Part shown: positions 28,001 through 38,900 of the stretch, piece after piece
How positions within the stretch are numbered: position 1 is the stretch's first letter
Layout: the number at the start of each line of letters is the position of its first letter
Assembly (NCBI RefSeq): GCF_000150275.1
Contig: NW_002060973.1
Coordinates: 493,956 to 553,957, forward strand
Length of the DNA stretch: 60,002 nt
Direction of reading: 5' to 3'
Source of the DNA: Trichoplax adhaerens
Lineage: Eukaryota > Animalia > Placozoa
Program-made: the position numbers and the translations under genes
Notes under the pieces: model-generated
The model's input: the letters and a program-made list of their open reading frames with translations, nothing else
What the model was told of the DNA's origin: nothing
The model's database searches: none

Positions 28001-29626
28001 ATAATAAATTCTTAAATATTCTGTTTTGGTTAAAAAATTTCAATTAGAGCCTCCACACGTGCTTATTTATGCTGTATAGTTCCCGCCAAAATTACTACAT
28101 GCTCACCAACTCCGGATTTAGATTCAGCCTCAAGCTGTGAAAATATTCTTGCTCACATATCTTTACGTTTAGCTGTTTGGATAATGGGTATTGCAGCTTT
28201 TATAGGAAACATACTTGTTATTGCAGTACACCGTACCAACGGCAATCAAAGGATGAGTAAAGCTACAGAACTCGTCTTCAGCAATTTAGCCCTATCAGAT
28301 TTTTTAATGTCATTATATTTGTTTATTATTGGTGCTGCCGACGTAATTTATCGAGATCGTTACGCTCAACATGCTGAAGAATGGCTCAGTAGTCCAGCAT
28401 GTTTTATTGCATCATTCTTAATATCTACGTCCAGTTTGATGTCGGTCATTATGATGTTATTTATCAGCATCGATCGATATGCAATTACTGCTAATCCATT
28501 TGCATCATCAGATGAAAGATATAAACGAACCAAAATAGCATTAATAGTCGGATGGTTATTGACATGCACCTTTGTTGGTATACCAATTATAATGAGTATT
28601 AATCAAATTGGAGATAGGCGATTACATGAATTCAGTTCTATTTGCTCTCCGAGTAATCTAAGCGAAACATTCTTTTCGGCCTGGACATTTACTTTTGTTA
28701 TAATACAGCTTTTTAGTTGGACTACCACACTTATAGTTTACGCGATGTTACTAGTTTCAGTACGTAAAACGCAACGATCAGTTCGTAGCAGTGCTCAATC
28801 TCGCAATTTTGCTATTGCAATTCGTTTATCATTAATTTTAATTACAGATTTAATTGCATGGTTACCAGTATATGTTATTTCTGCGATGGCTATAATTCAA
28901 GGGAGATTAAATATATTTACATTACAATTTGCAGTCATTTTAGCTATACCACTAAATTCAGCGATTAATCCATACATTTATACAGCTACTGGGACAGCTT
29001 GCTTCAATCGATTAGTTACAAAGAGATCGAAAAGAAAATCGGTACAATCTATACTAGGTCAAGGTACTGATATGAGTACATTTGTGAGCAGTGGTACCTT
29101 TGCAAAGCGCGGTAGGACAGGCAGAAATGTTACTCAAGCAAATACGCTTATTCAAGAAAACCGGAATACTACAGGTCTGAAAGCTATTAACACTTATTCG
29201 TACATATACAATGACGACGATAATTCTACATTAAAGCAAACAGTAAGTGAAAAAGCTGATCTTAATGAAAATAATATAATTGAATCCGATTTTGATTGTC
29301 TTTGCACTGATTCTCCTAAGCGAAGTCATATCGCACCTTCAGATATATCCGACGAAGCAGTAGCTACAATTAATAATGTGGATAGTCAAATCGATAGAAA
29401 TTGTGAGAACCAATTAATTAATGATGAAGACGATCTTTTACGTCATAGTGGTGATATAAATACTTGTAATGATGATGTTAGAGATACTGAAGGTGTCACA
29501 AATCTTGCGTTTAATAGCAGCGAGGGTTCGAATACAGCAGGATCTGAAATTAATGGGCACAAATTTCTTAGCAATGAAGAGAATACAAATAGTCAATCAA
29601 TTGACAGTAACCAAAGCTTTGAATAG
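1031..29626 (+). CDS. Giant LRR-containing class A GPCR, paralog 1 (RXFP/GRL101-like LGR); spliced, 5' part lies upstream of the window
   Basis: 49 AG/GT-bounded phase-2 exons, each one LRR (xLxxNxIxxIxxxxFxxLxxLxxL): 1031-1102,1289-1363,2160-2231,2337-2411,3986-4057,7993-8064,8178-8249,8444-8515,8936-9007,9157-9228,~9310-9375(spans N gap),9480-9551,11772-11843,11955-12026,12104-12175,12280-12351,12465-12536,12856-12933,13138-13209,14072-14140,14351-14422,15604-15675,15758-15829,16045-16116,16200-16271,16453-16524,16671-16745,17464-17529,17719-17790,18587-18667,18791-18862,19215-19280,19544-19615,19775-19846,19977-20048,20173-20244,20464-20535,20670-20741,20838-20903,21065-21139,21870-21956,22091-22162,25050-25172,25322-25396,26083-26160,26287-26358,26461-26538,26620-26691,26867-26938; terminal exon 28048-29626. 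No stop or frameshift seen in the readable exons. Confidence 0.93.
1485..1986 (-). mobile_element. Family B element, truncated at the left
   Basis: Close reverse complement of 16878-17343 and homologous to 10340-10835; ends ...TTACATTACA. Confidence 0.7.
2529..3058 (-). mobile_element. Solo-LTR-like element, family A (internally shortened)
   Basis: TGTCACAAAACAGC...CTGTAAGA, flanks gttat/gctat; homologous to the other A copies. Strand assigned from TATA-then-AATAAA order. Confidence 0.8.
4565..5133 (-). mobile_element. Solo-LTR-like element, family C
   Basis: TGTCACAAACC...TACCGTGACA with TSD atata/atata. Confidence 0.88.
6244..6878 (-). mobile_element. Solo-LTR-like element, family A
   Basis: TATCACAAAA...CTGTAACA, flanks ggcag/agcag; highly similar to 7281-7911. 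Confidence 0.85.
7281..7911 (-). mobile_element. Solo-LTR-like element, family A
   Basis: TGTCACA...TGTAACA with perfect 5-bp TSD catag/catag. Confidence 0.9.
9317..9366. other. Assembly gap (50 N) inside an LRR exon of paralog 1
   Basis: Acceptor to the left, ...AAA ACT CT|gtatg to the right; the paralogous exon is 46012-46083. Confidence 0.9.
9643..10279 (+). mobile_element. Solo-LTR-like element, family A (right end abuts or is interrupted by a family B copy)
   Basis: Reverse-complement homology to 7281-7911; starts TGTTACA; right junction ambiguous. Confidence 0.75.
10279..10835 (-). mobile_element. Family B element, probably full length
   Basis: Starts TGTCAC, ends TTACA; homologous to 1485-1986; TSD unclear. 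Confidence 0.7.
14149..14170. repeat. (TA)11 microsatellite just after a splice donor
   Basis: Directly visible. Confidence 0.95.
14623..15208 (+). mobile_element. Solo-LTR-like element, family E (diverged)
   Basis: Reverse-complement homology to 53370-53990; ends GTGACA; TSD degenerate. Confidence 0.72.
15489..15538. other. Assembly gap (50 N), intronic
   Basis: N run; exon correspondence with paralog 2 shows no missing exon here. Confidence 0.9.
16878..17343 (+). mobile_element. Family B element, truncated at the right
   Basis: Starts TGTAACG; inverted near-copy of about 1520-1986; TATAAAAG at about 17278. Confidence 0.72.
21233..21776 (+). mobile_element. Solo-LTR-like element G
   Basis: TGTTAC...GTGATA with perfect TSD tttac/tttac; TATATAAA at 21589 and AATAAA at 21650. 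Single copy in this window. Confidence 0.7.
23331..24420 (+). mobile_element. Solo-LTR-like element, family H (about 644 bp net), split by a C copy
   Basis: TGTCAC...GCGACA, flanks gagct/gtgct; 3' part homologous to about 31200-31359 (shared TTAGAAGAGCAGAATACTTT). Confidence 0.72.
23446..23886 (-). mobile_element. Solo-LTR-like element, family C, nested in element H
   Basis: TGTCAC...GTGACA with perfect TSD cttgg/cttgg. Confidence 0.9.
27296..27925 (+). mobile_element. Solo-LTR-like element, family A, in the last intron of paralog 1
   Basis: TGTGACAG...TTTTGTGACA, flanks atgac/ataac; TATA-like motif near 27720 and AATAAA at 27743. Confidence 0.88.
28048..29626 (+). CDS. Terminal exon of paralog 1: Cys-rich hinge, 7TM rhodopsin-family domain and long acidic/Ser/Asn-rich C-tail
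   Basis: Acceptor caattag|a, in frame with ORF 28184..29626. Translates ASTRAYLCCIVPAKITTCSPTPDLDSASSCENILAHISLRLAVWIMGIAAFIGN..., then NLALSDFLM (TM2), SIDRY (TM3), ICSP (ECL2), TDLIAWLP (TM6), PLNSAINPYIY (TM7): LGR/RXFP-type motifs. Confidence 0.96.
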
Positions 29627-29787
29627 GCTTATTATAAACATATTCATCATCAACAGTTTGAAGCAAACTATTTAAGACTAAATGTTTACAATGACATTGA
29701 TTCGTTTTCATAATGGCTTAAAGACACTTGATTTTTGCGAAGAATTGCAATTATATTTTAGCACTCCTTGATCAATCGCACTGCAGC

Positions 29788-29799
29788 AATAAAAATAAA
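29788..29799 (+). promoter_or_regulatory. Candidate polyadenylation signals of paralog 1 (tandem AATAAA)
   Basis: AATAAAAATAAA about 160 nt after the stop codon; weak evidence in AT-rich DNA. Confidence 0.4.
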
Positions 29800-30634
29800 G
29801 TAAATCTCGGCATATTTTGGGAAGTAAATACCGAATATCAACCATTCCAACTATTCCTTAACGTTCATTATTTCGATAATATCGCATCACGAATGATAAT
29901 AATGTTTTTTATAATTCTAATGCTTACAGCCGTCTGTACTTACTTTGAGTGGTTAGTCAGCATAAAATATCGGCTACTGATATCTGTATGGCTTATTTAG
30001 TATGATTGTGTTTCAATGTCAGTCGTGACAGCCACATTGTGCTTTACTTCACATTGCGAATACACTTAAACACAACTCACATTACTATTGCAATAATCTA
30101 TGTAATGGAGTGAAGCTTACAAGAAACTGTAGTTCTTTTGTAATTTTGAGAAGACACTTTATCACACCATAATAAATAAATATGCATTATACGTACATTT
30201 TATTCTAGATAATATATGTACTTTGTACGAAATTTAACCTAATAAAGCTTTACCTGCTATTCTAATCTGACGTTTTTTATATTTAGTTTGCTTCGCTACT
30301 ATTAATAACGAATACTAAATGCCTTTTACTGAGTAACTATCTAAAATTGCTTAACTACCGTTCCTGCAAGCGCAGCAACTACTATGATAGCTTCAATCAC
30401 AATTCCTGCAACGCTTTCGGAACTCATCTCACCACAGAGACAAATCCTTTCATAAAAGCTTTGATATCGTTTAAAACCTCCATTTACTTAAAACAGTATA
30501 CAAATTTGTTTCATACTTAGGCATACAACAAAGCAATATCCCAGTGATAATGAAAAAGTACAAGTACATACCGTACGCGAAATATAATGAGCATGGATTC
30601 TAATAGTAGTATAATAAAATGATCAGTATGTAGT

Positions 30635-31010
30635 TGTCACAAACCAGCCTTATGATAAGGTTTACGCAAATAAATCCCTAAGTTTTAAAAATTTCGGGAT
30701 TCAATTTCCCTGGAAAACTCATGAAAACTTCGACGCCTTGCTTCTATGTTACAAAACTAGAACTTATTTTATTTAGTGATCTGCCGAGCTTAAATACCTT
30801 TCGGCATAGTATTAGCCATAGTTACAGTTGCAAGAGCTCTTGCACGATATCCATCCATTCAGTAAGGATTGTACTACAGTAAAGCCTATGTTTTACCGTA
30901 ATACACTTTAACTTAAGTGATTTTTACTCAAAGTAGCTAATTGTAATTACCATATATAAATTTTAATTCGCAAAATATAGTCATTTAATTCTCCAGTTCG
31001 TACCGTGATA
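30635..31010 (-). mobile_element. Solo-LTR-like element, family C (diverged, intergenic)
   Basis: TGTCACAAACCAGC...TACCGTGATA, flanks gtagt/gtcgt. Confidence 0.8.
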
Positions 31011-31015
31011 GTCGT

Positions 31016-31359
31016 TGTTACACCACTAATATTCCATCAATTACTAGTAGCATTGATTGATTAATTATTTGTGTCGCAGTAGATTTTTGCTTACTTAGCT
31101 TCGGCACACTAAACTTTCGTTTTTGACTCTTAATCACGAACGTTGCTGTTCAGTAACTAATTTTACACTTTTCACGAGTAAATAGCGTTGGTCGTATTAT
31201 TTGGAATAAAGCAAAAGTAGCTCGATATAGGGAAATTTTTCTATGTGACTGCATTCAAGTAGGGTAATTCTAGGTCGAACCTAGAATAGGAGTTGATAGT
31301 AACAACTTAGAAGAGCAGAATACTTTACTTTATCCTTTTTCAGAAGAGTACTCGTGGCA
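31016..31359 (+). mobile_element. Family H element, 3' portion; left boundary uncertain
   Basis: Homology to about 24260-24420; ends CGTGGCA. Confidence 0.55.
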
Positions 31360-32861
31360 ATAATATAAGTTGATAGAAACGAAATAAATGATATCTTAGA
31401 GTCAAGATTTTATTGCAAAGTAGGCGTTAACTGCTATAAAATTACAATTTGACAAGTGATTACAAGCTTCAAGTCGTTATGAAAGCCAATTTATCACTGC
31501 GTGTGTTTCACAATCACACTTATGACACAGTCTTCACTAGTTTCTAAGACCATTTACTTTTACTTATTCAACTTTATTATTATGGATATTGTATCAAATC
31601 CTAAAATATTGTGCTCTGCATTAGTTATCTGCACTATAAATGCTACTAATTTCTGCTTCGCTTTTCTTTGAATGTTAAATTTCATGCTAGTACTTTCTCG
31701 TATTACTTCACGACTATTTACAAGCTGTTCTACCGTAACTGCCATGGCCAACGCCATTACATTCTAAAACAAAGTATCCCCTTCCTAATAAAGCCTTTTT
31801 GCAATTCTTTGCATGGCATCATATGTTGTTTTACTTTATTTAATTTGATTTAAAATATCAATTAAATGGATTCGGCCTATTACACTGCTATAAATTCAGT
31901 TTTCGGCTTAAAGTCTAACGTCAGTCACTTAATATTATTATTACTGAACAATATAAAAAATATGGTCAGTGCGATCAGATCGGTCAAATTGTATTGTAAA
32001 CAATTTTTATTCATGAACAATTTTATGCATTGTGGAAAAGAATCTAGGAAATCTTCTCTTACATTAAGTACATGAAGTAATTTTTACAAATTTTACTGCC
32101 AAAATTTCGTAACTATGTCTTGCTATTAAGCATTTAATAGTTTCTTAACGTCTTCATCATATTGAAGCAAATAAAGTGAGAAAGAGTTTCTACTTATGAA
32201 TAGATGAACTATTGCATTTTCTTTGAATAATGAAATTATTTTTTTTGATTAAATTTGAAAGGTGTAACATTCAATACAGATTGGCAGATGCCACAGCAAT
32301 TCAAGTATGCCTCCTCATTAGATATTATAGTAATATTTAATTTAGGTAAATTTTGATAATTCTAAAATTAATGATTAATTTTAAAAGTATATGGTAGCTA
32401 ATATTAATCGACTTCCAGCCAAATTTTACAATTTTAAATAGCTTAAAAGTAGACTATACGGTATATGTTATTATGAAAATATTTCATAAATGAACGTAAC
32501 ACAAACTAACTGTCTAAATTAAGTTAGGCATTACATATCTGTGCTTTGACTAGTGAATTTGAATGATAAATTGCAATAGCTAAATTGATTTAATTGAAGG
32601 CTGGTGTTGCTAATTATAAATTTTAACTACTATAGAAACGTATGCGAAACCAATATATAGTGTGATAAAGTTAGTTCTTATGTTTAGTTTTTAACACGAA
32701 TTAAAGGCGTACTTGTTGTGGTAAGCGCGTAGAATTAGGAACAAGTATTTCCAAGAATTTCTTAATCGGACTTGATGCCCAAATACCTAGTTCAGAGACA
32801 AGATCACAGATTCGTTTTCCAGTAATCTTATTTTAAAACTAATTTGTGTTAGCAAGGCAAA

Positions 32862-32925
32862 ATGAAACTTCTTAATACGTTAATCTGGCTAATCATTTTC
32901 TCAAGCTGCAAGCTACAAGTTTTAG
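32862..32925 (+). CDS. First coding exon of paralog 2 (signal peptide)
   Basis: caaaATG context; MKLLNTLIWLIIFSSCKLQVL (basic N-terminus plus hydrophobic core) followed by a G|gtaag phase-1 donor that matches the phase of the LRRNT exon. Confidence 0.8.
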
Positions 32926-35900
32926 GTAAGAACTTTTTAGGCTCAATATTTCCATTCATAATCAAGCTCAAAATAAGTGCTGCAGTGACTGCAATGGAGG
33001 GTTCGATGCGTCGGATGATGCGTGTTTAGTCACCATACAGAGTATTGTACAAGGAGTTTAAGATAAGAGACTACTTTATTGTAAAGATAGAAATTAAGGT
33101 ACAGTGTGAGAGCTAGCGTAGATCAACATACAAGCTGTCGTGAAGCAGCGCGTAAAATACTAAGGCACAAATAGTTCTAGGGTAGAAAATGCCAGCATTT
33201 ATATCTATTGAGTTAGAGTACTTGCATAGAACAGGATTGTAGAACTAGATATAAGAAATTCCATAACAGGTTACAGAATAGCGGATGATCGTAGAAAATT
33301 GTGAGGACTGTAATCGCCAAATGCAACAAGCTATATTTGAATGTAGAGCAAACAGTTTGTGAATTTGTCTATATTTAAGAGCAAAACAAAATATCTATAT
33401 TTAAGGGTAGCTTACAGTTACAGTACAATCCCAAATACACTACATTGACAGAAAAGCGAAAAATTTTCTCATTCTAGTCTTCGAAATATAAAGTATCGAT
33501 ACCAAATTACAGAGCAAAGCTGCAGATTAGGTCCGACCATATTTTGCTTTCATATATAAAATTTATCGTTGTAGAATTAAATACATCATAGATTATTGGC
33601 ACGTATAATTCAGATTATCTTACTTTATGTTTTTTAAATGAAATGTAGATAAAATACGAGCACTATAGTATATTTACCAGATTGTCAAAATTTCGATATA
33701 AATATCTGAAAGATTAAATTGCTTACCAGCGCAACAGAGATGCCAACAAACGGTATCTTCAATGCCATCATTTCGTTAGTTTTGTGTCATTATTTCTCTA
33801 CCTTTATAATATCCAATGTATCATAGAAGGCATACTTATCTTAGCCGCTATAAAAAAGTTCAGACCACATTTCAAGACCTATGTTCTATAATTTATTAAA
33901 TAAGATAAAGTAATCGAAATAAATGTATACGAAAGTTTGCAGTAATTCGAAATTGTGCTAATCATATTAATTTTAGTATACAAGTCAGTATAAATGCAAC
34001 CTTCACTTCTACCCTATATTATTATATTAAGTAGATTTTGTATTCTCTTAAGTTCAGAATCCGCTGACTCAAAATTTGAGTTATTAAATTTGAGCAAATT
34101 TCAAACCGACACAAAATAGATCAGCATCGCGTGTAGCTTAGAAGTATCGTCTATTACTTTTCCACCGATCAGGGAAGAATTCTCTTTGTTTCTTTATAAG
34201 AACATAAAAACAGCTAAGATACATTAAATATCAATTTATAGGCTTTTTGTAAACAATTCCATATAACTATCCAAATCATATTCAAGATTTCCTTTACAGT
34301 ATTCTGATAATAAAGACAAAATTAGTATGTAGTTCAAAAAAGTAATTTTATACGGCTGGCAGCTACAACTTATTACAGACATAGTAACAGCTTAAATACT
34401 CTATTACAATTTACCAGTGATTATCTTGTCACGAAAGTAATCTTCATGACGTGTACTTTATTTCTATGTTACGTTTTATATATGTTTATATCTCAGAAAT
34501 ATTTTACGGTCTCCTTAGTTGCAACTTTAGTAGTTAACAGTTGATATCCTTAATTTAGAATTAGATAAATTAAATTAGCCATTGCCAACCAGTTAAGCCT
34601 TATTGTATCTATCATCTCCAAGGTTGTTAAGGTTCAAAGTATAATTCCCAAGTTTAGGGGAAATGTCTTATTATGATAGCTTAATATGTATCTATCACTA
34701 GTTAGCCTTCGAGAGCTGACCAAAACTATATTATCCACTCCAACTTGATCTCAGTTTCAATCTCAAAGTGCTGCAGTAGTAGAAACTAACTTATTCCAAT
34801 ATCCACCGCTAGTAAGAGATAAACAATAGCGTTTACAGTTAAGGCCTTTGTTAAACCAGAAAATAGGAATAGCACAGTATTTCTAACTACAACTTAAAGG
34901 AGACTTTCTTTTAAGTAAGATATCTAGCCCTTTATATAGTTTTATGACTTTACGCCGTACATACAGGTGCTAAGGCTAGTTTATATCCAATGTAATATAA
35001 TTACTATAATCTTATAAATCTTACAACATTAATACTAACAGCGCATTAAGATGTTATTTTACCGTAGTAAAGCTCGTTAATTAATCGTATTTATCACATC
35101 AGCTACTTATTACTTCTCCAAGGTGGCACAAATAAATATTTGGCCTCCGCCATCTTAGTTATTGCTAACATGCTATATGCATGCTCTAGTTATCGATTAA
35201 CCATTTATAATTTTCTTAGCTTAGCATATTATCAGTCTAACAATGACGTAAGTGTCACAAAACAGCTTTGCAAGAAGATAACCTAACATACGATCAATAA
35301 GTCAATCCCTTGAACTATGTGTTAAGGAATAATATCTGTACTATTAGAAAACTTTCGCTCTACTAGCAGACTACACAAAGACTTAGATGCATCGTATTTT
35401 ACGTTAAACACCAAGTTTAAAAATTAATTTTATAATACGATACATTGCGTTTATATACTCTCCCTCAATAATTTACGAGTCATGGTTAGTACGATTAACT
35501 TTGGAATCATTCACTGAATTAGACATTAATTTTAGCTATTGCTCGAAAATAACAGTATTTACGAACATAGAAATCTGATGACTAAACACAGAATAGTCTG
35601 ACTACGATATGTCCTATCGCGAGACATTTCCACGATAATTTACAATCTACCATAAGTAAGTTACAATCACAATGATTCGAACTGTAAGTAAATAACTCGC
35701 ATTCCATAATATAACTATTAATTTCAGTATATGTATATATGCTACTGTCATATAAAGCCAGTGCTACATTAAAATACCGTATATCCAAATTAGAAGTTAA
35801 CTAAATAAGGATAAGCTAACAAAATTATCTTAACATATATATTTCTACTCTAATAAGTATCTAACACTGTCACAGTAAGACGTCATTATTATTCCCAATT

Positions 35901-38900
35901 ATCACAACACTTGGAGCGAGCTCCGTAAACAGTATCTGTTAAACTATTATTAAGTATTGATTATTATTATAATACCGATACAGTAAATTTAAAAGGATTA
36001 GATTGTATCTAATCTGTACTGATAGAATCTCTTTAGAGTATTAATTTGGTTAACTTCTAATAGATGAGATGACTTCAGTACTTAAACCTGTTGTAGTTAG
36101 CGAAACCTATATAAGCGGTGGGTTTACCGATACTATATTAGATTAATATTTTTGAACAGGTTTCGAAGGTCTCGCTGAGTTAAACTCTATCTGCTTTGGA
36201 GTACCAATTGATTGGTATTTCAAATAAGAGTAGTGTAGGATAGAAATTACTCTCTCAATCCTTTTTGTAAGTCAGGGCTATTTCTAGCTCGTAACGTATC
36301 TTTAACTACTTTATTAATCATTTCAAGCTAATCAACACCTAACAATAAAGCTTGCTTTAAATTTCTGTATTTTGAATCCGCATTGTAATCATAATTAGCC
36401 AAAATTGCCATTAATACAACAATTTATAAAGCGACCAACACTGACTAAATATTTTGCTATTATTTGTCTGTGAATTTTCAATCTACTATATTCGTAAGAG
36501 ACTGACTGTGTATTTGAATGTACTTTTATATCATTTGATAGCAGATAACTTTGAAAATAACCAATATTTTACATACATTGAAGGCATTCTTAAATTTACA
36601 TATATAATATATATAAATAAATGTATATTTTATGCCGTAAATTTGCAGCAGTTTCACCATGTCCTCAAAGTTGTTCCTGTCCGATTGACTCTGTCATAAA
36701 TTGCCAAAATCCGCTCATGACCACCTTCCCAATCCTAACAAAAGTTATGGATAAAGTAACTACTTTGTAAGTATGTTGTATATGGTTTACACAGCCGAAT
36801 ATTCATGTATTTTGCATTAAATTTTACCCATATTGAACCATATAGTGCTTTTCAAATTTGTATAACGTAAATTTTAATAGTGTTACGCTATTTTTATTAA
36901 TCTCAACTCTCTCAATGCTACTTGAAATAGAGATATCACTGGTACAAGTATTCAACATATACCTAGACACGGCTTGTCTAATTATCCAAATTTGACTTCC
37001 CTGTAAGCTAAACGGAAGTTTATATAATCGCTCCTCAAAGAAAATCTTTTGCAAAGATAATGATTTTAACGATATACAAAAAATAGTTACCTTATCCATT
37101 AATTTTACTAGCAATAAAAATAGCATATGTCACAGGATTAAAAGTGAAATTTATTGACTTGAGCAGGTATTTATTTAAAAACAAAATAAAAAATGTCGAA
37201 GAAGGAACATTTTCAAACTTACATAAATTGCAATATCTGTAAGTGATTGTCAATCCAAATTATACAAATATTGTTAGCCCTAGAATCCATTAATTGAAAA
37301 TAAAGTTCGTTTCTTATAGTAATGATAGCTCCTTTATTTCACTTATTAAAAGTGCCATTGGAAATGTCAGATTAAACAATTACATTCATTTGATTTAAAT
37401 TCTTTGTATAGATCCTTGTCTGAAAATCAGTTGAAAATCTTGAATTCTTCTAGAATATTTGATGGATTACTAAATTTGGAATACCTGTAAGCTGTATAAA
37501 AGTTTAACACTTAGTACGGTAGATCTATATAATTTACTATCAGCATACTTTCCTAATACATAGCTACTGTAATTAGCTAAAATCATTATAAACCTATGAA
37601 ATTTAAAACTTCAAATTCTAGTTATAACGCAGGTAATATAATAAAGCATTATTACATTACTATTTAAAAGAATGCACGTAGTATTTAGGATCTCTAAGTA
37701 AGTAAACTCTATGCCGCTACTTTAAATATATACTATCCATACTTTAATGTATATTAATGATTGATGAAAAATGTAACCTATTGTCTTTTAAGCAAGATTT
37801 ATTAATAATTTAAATTCGTAAAGACACGATGCCACGTCCTAAACTTATTTTACTTTGTCTAGGAATCATAGAAATACGTAAAAATAGTGTATTGCGTATT
37901 ACAAATAGAAAGCGTATTTTAACTTTTAACTTATTTATTTCATTAAATTAGGTACTTGCAAAACAATCAAATAGATAGGATTACCAATGGAACATTCCTA
38001 AACTTGAATAAGTTAAGATTTCTGTAAGTTTCGTTATAAATATAATGACGAGATGATCAGGATTAACGGAATATAAATATTGCTGTGCTTTCTACGCTAC
38101 GTTTATGTAAGATAAATTAAAAGTTACTGAAATAGCTTAAGAAGGTTTACTAGATAGCAGATACTGTAAGATACAGTAAAAATTCTAAGAATATTTAAAA
38201 CTTTCGTATTTTTTTAGGAATTACTATATCTCTATAGTATGTTAACTCTCTTATTTTAACAGTAAAAAAATTAGCTATGGAAATCGGTTTCATCCGCTCT
38301 TCAAGAGCCGTAATAATCAATTAAATTGTTATCAATATCTGATGCAGGCTTTTGAATGGGAATCTATTAAATTCTTTGAGTTCTTCAATATTTGAAGGAT
38401 TAAAAAGCCTGAAATCTTTGTAAGTAAAAAATGTAAATTACTTATATTTAAAATAAATCATTCCATTTTGATTTATTAAATCAGTATTAATTCATATTTC
38501 TTAAACATTTCAATACTGGCTACATGACATTTGAAATAAAAGTAATTATAGAATACAGCATATGTGACAGAAAGAATACATGCAAAAGATAGTCTGTTAT
38601 TTAGCTATGAATATTCAATGTAAAGCGTCTAATACATCAGTATCGCTAACGTATACTTTTCAAAATATTGAAATTTTGAGAATCCTTACCCTTAAAAACT
38701 AATATTGAAAGAGGTTTCATCTTAATGGATTTAGGTACTTGCATTCCAATAGAATTGAAGCAATTAAAGATGGGGCTTTTGAAAGTTTGAACATGTTATC
38801 TAATCTGTGAGATTTCAACTCGAATAATAAGCATAAAACTCTTTTATATTTTATCTATCCAGTTTAAGAAGAATTTACCGAGCATGCCTAAAATTTCATA

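Larger units (their letters stand above)
34427..36296 (-). mobile_element. Solo-LTR-like element, family E, split by nested F (which itself contains an A copy)
   Basis: Halves 34427-34692 and 35937-36296 are collinear with 53370-53990; perfect TSD tatct/tatct. Confidence 0.87.

Noticed and set aside
28184-29626. ORF-track Met 28184 as the start of a stand-alone 480-aa GPCR
   Set aside because: The Met lies within TM1, and the open frame extends upstream through the hinge to a phase-2 acceptor at 28047.
32975-33028. KCCSDCNGGFDASDDAC, loosely LDLa-like, in intron 1 of paralog 2
   Set aside because: Cys spacing is wrong, it is out of frame with exon 1, the nearby acceptor would leave a 15-nt intron, and a stop follows.
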